Source: a bacterium
GTDB taxonomy: Bacteria > Patescibacteriota > Microgenomatia > UBA1400 > PJMF01
Assembly (NCBI GenBank): GCA_027620445.1
Contig: JAQBYG010000004.1
Location: 1-54,576 of the forward strand
DNA: 54,576 nt
Direction: 5' to 3'
Of this stretch, positions 53,330 to 54,576 are shown piece by piece. Under the pieces are notes generated by a model. That model saw nothing but the letters and a program-made list of their open reading frames with translations. It had not been told where the DNA came from and made no database searches. Positions within the stretch are counted from its first letter, which is position 1, and each line of letters begins with the position of its first letter. The translations under genes and the position numbers were made by a program.

Positions 53330-53974
53330 ATGACCAACAAGAATAACTACTGCCGCTTCTACCTCGCTCGACATGGAGAGACGGTGTGGAACGTCGAGCA
53401 CATCATGCAGGGTCATTCCGACTCTCCACTCACCGATAATGGTATCAACCAAGCAAAAGAAGTCGCCGAGAAACTCAGGGGAGTGCAGTTTGCACAGGTG
53501 TTCAGCTCTGACCTCATGCGGTCGCAGCGAACAGCCGAGATTATCTCAGCCGACCATGATCTGGTTGTAAAAACAAATAGATTGCTCAGAGAGTACTCAC
53601 TCGGACCGTTTGAGGGCAAGAAGCTTTCGTACTTCCTAGAGACACTGAAAAAAGCAATTGCGTACCGAGACTCGCTTGCAGATGAACTGCGACTGTCGCA
53701 CCAGCTCCATCCTGAGGTTGAGACCGAAGAGAACAGCGCTCTTCGCTTAATCACTTTTTTCCGAGAAACAGCCTTTGCATATCCGGGGAAAAACATACTC
53801 GCTGTTTCGCACGCTGGCACCATCAGAGCTTTACTTGTCAAACTGGGGTATGCGACAAACGATGAACTGCCTCATGGTGCAGTCAAAAATACTTCCTATG
53901 TAGTGCTGGATTGCGACGGGGTAGATTTTTTTGTGCGGGAGACGGTGGGGATAGAGAAGACAAAACTGCTATAG
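53330..53974 (+). CDS. histidine phosphatase family protein (phosphoglycerate mutase-like, GpmB/cofactor-dependent branch)
   Basis: FYLARHGETVWN (RHG motif), SDLMRSQRTA, VSHAGTIRAL. Confidence 0.85.
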   Translation: MTNKNNYCRFYLARHGETVWNVEHIMQGHSDSPLTDNGINQAKEVAEKLRGVQFAQVFSSDLMRSQRTAEIISADHDLVVKTNRLLREYSLGPFEGKKLSYFLETLKKAIAYRDSLADELRLSHQLHPEVETEENSALRLITFFRETAFAYPGKNILAVSHAGTIRALLVKLGYATNDELPHGAVKNTSYVVLDCDGVDFFVRETVGIEKTKLL

Positions 53975-53981
53975 TAATCAC

Positions 53982-54470
53982 ATGGCGAAAAAGAGTTGGC
54001 AGAAAAAGTTTAATTGGAAAAAGATTTTCTTTCGTACTGCCCTGATTTACACCGTACTCGGATATGCTTTTATAATTCCAAGTTTCTTATCGACCTACCA
54101 TGGTTCATGGACTTTTTCTTTTAGCTCACCATATTTGGGAACAATCAACGCACTTTGTATCTTCATTTTCTCAACAACATTTCTCTTACTCTTAGCAAAA
54201 AGTAAGAAGATCCATTTCTTTCTTGTCTCGACCTTACTTATCGTTTTTTTAATTCTCAACTCTCTTCTTTTTGTTCATGTAGAGAAACATATCAGCTTCA
54301 ACGCTTGCTTTGTTCCGGGTTACTCATACCCTGGCACTCAGCCGTACAGGAGGTGCAGAGATCAGTTTAAACCAGAACTTCATCTAAAAGGCTTGTTTTG
54401 CGGCGGGTATGCGGGAGAACCGTGCTATACAGCAGAAGAATTAGACAAGATTTTAGACTCTAGTAATTGA
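53982..54470 (+). CDS. hypothetical membrane protein with a Cys-containing C-terminal domain (AT-rich)
   Basis: 162 aa with three or four hydrophobic segments. The C-terminal ~55 aa contain four Cys (NACF...RRCRD...FCGG...EPCY). The line at 54061 is about 33% G+C. Confidence 0.45.
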   Translation: MAKKSWQKKFNWKKIFFRTALIYTVLGYAFIIPSFLSTYHGSWTFSFSSPYLGTINALCIFIFSTTFLLLLAKSKKIHFFLVSTLLIVFLILNSLLFVHVEKHISFNACFVPGYSYPGTQPYRRCRDQFKPELHLKGLFCGGYAGEPCYTAEELDKILDSSN

Positions 54471-54576
54471 GTATCTATTTCCTTTGAGAGTCGAGCGTTT
54501 CTTGCCAATTTTTTGTATCAGTGAGATCTAATCTTTCTTTCGGCATCTTGCGAACCCGACCCGTGTTACGTGGAAC

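Noticed and set aside
1-54576. Alternative genetic code (UGA as Gly or Trp, as in some candidate phyla), CRISPR arrays, rRNA genes and diversity-generating retroelements.
   Set aside because: UGA terminates many well-conserved genes at the expected lengths (for example ruvA at 7413-15 and the eleven ATGA junctions), so the standard code applies. I saw no regularly spaced repeats, no rRNA-like sequence, and no reverse transcriptase or template/variable repeat pair.
54544-54576. Possible minus-strand gene or tRNA fragment at the extreme right edge (sequence ...gcgaacccgacccgtg...), and a 23-codon minus-strand ORF starting at the CAT at about 54544.
   Set aside because: No tRNA arm can be paired. 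The ORF is too short, and the region is cut by the window edge, so there is not enough evidence.

Overview
This 54.6-kb window comes from a very compact bacterial chromosome. I call about 60 protein genes and 2 tRNAs. Most neighbouring genes overlap or lie less than 30 bp apart. The standard code applies, with UGA used as a stop. I saw no rRNA, CRISPR array, transposase, integrase or reverse transcriptase.

The overall style suggests a streamlined monoderm organism of the Patescibacteria/CPR type. The evidence is 43 consecutive + strand genes, eleven ATGA stop/start overlaps, almost no Shine-Dalgarno sequences, minimal versions of housekeeping proteins, and many GT-C/GT4/GT2 genes. This taxonomic call is an inference, not a measurement.

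Layout:
1. 1-2.5 kb: accessory ORFs, including a degenerate metallophosphoesterase-fold protein, an orphan ORF and a UDP-glucuronate decarboxylase on the minus strand.
2. 2.5-21.6 kb: a large surface-glycan cluster. It holds 2 GT39/ArnT-like genes, 5 GT4, 2 GT2, a hexapeptide acetyltransferase, a Wzy_C/O-antigen-ligase-like protein, manC, a small monotopic phosphoglycosyl transferase and a DUF4012-like protein. The ruvC-ruvA-ruvB genes are spliced into the middle of it.
3. recO, glyQS and a membrane-anchored hypothetical protein, followed by a terminator.
4. 24.5-40.5 kb: a dcw cluster in the order mraZ-rsmH-ftsL-ftsI-murE-yvcK-murC-murB-murA-mraY-ftsW-murG-ftsQ-ftsA-ftsZ.
5. ileS, rodA, rplU-methyltransferase-rpmA, parB, and a convergent lepB.
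6. A second glycan mini-cluster: flippase, short GT2, Wzy_C-like protein and an Ig-like surface protein.
7. tRNA-Thr(CGU), an AT-rich two-gene islet, tRNA-Gly(CCC), then a histidine phosphatase and an AT-rich membrane ORF.

The observations I consider most worth following up:
- The tRNA-bracketed AT-rich islet, which encodes a protein with a canonical HEPN R-N-x3-H motif.
- A repeated pattern of -10 elements 6-9 nt upstream of start codons, which implies leaderless mRNAs.
- The unusual dcw cluster: yvcK and murA/murB lie inside it, no murD/murF/ddl is present, MurE lacks most of its N-terminal domain, and MurA has Asp at the fosfomycin-target Cys position.
- A methyltransferase sitting between rplU and rpmA.
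- The Wzy_C plus GT39 glycosylation machinery.
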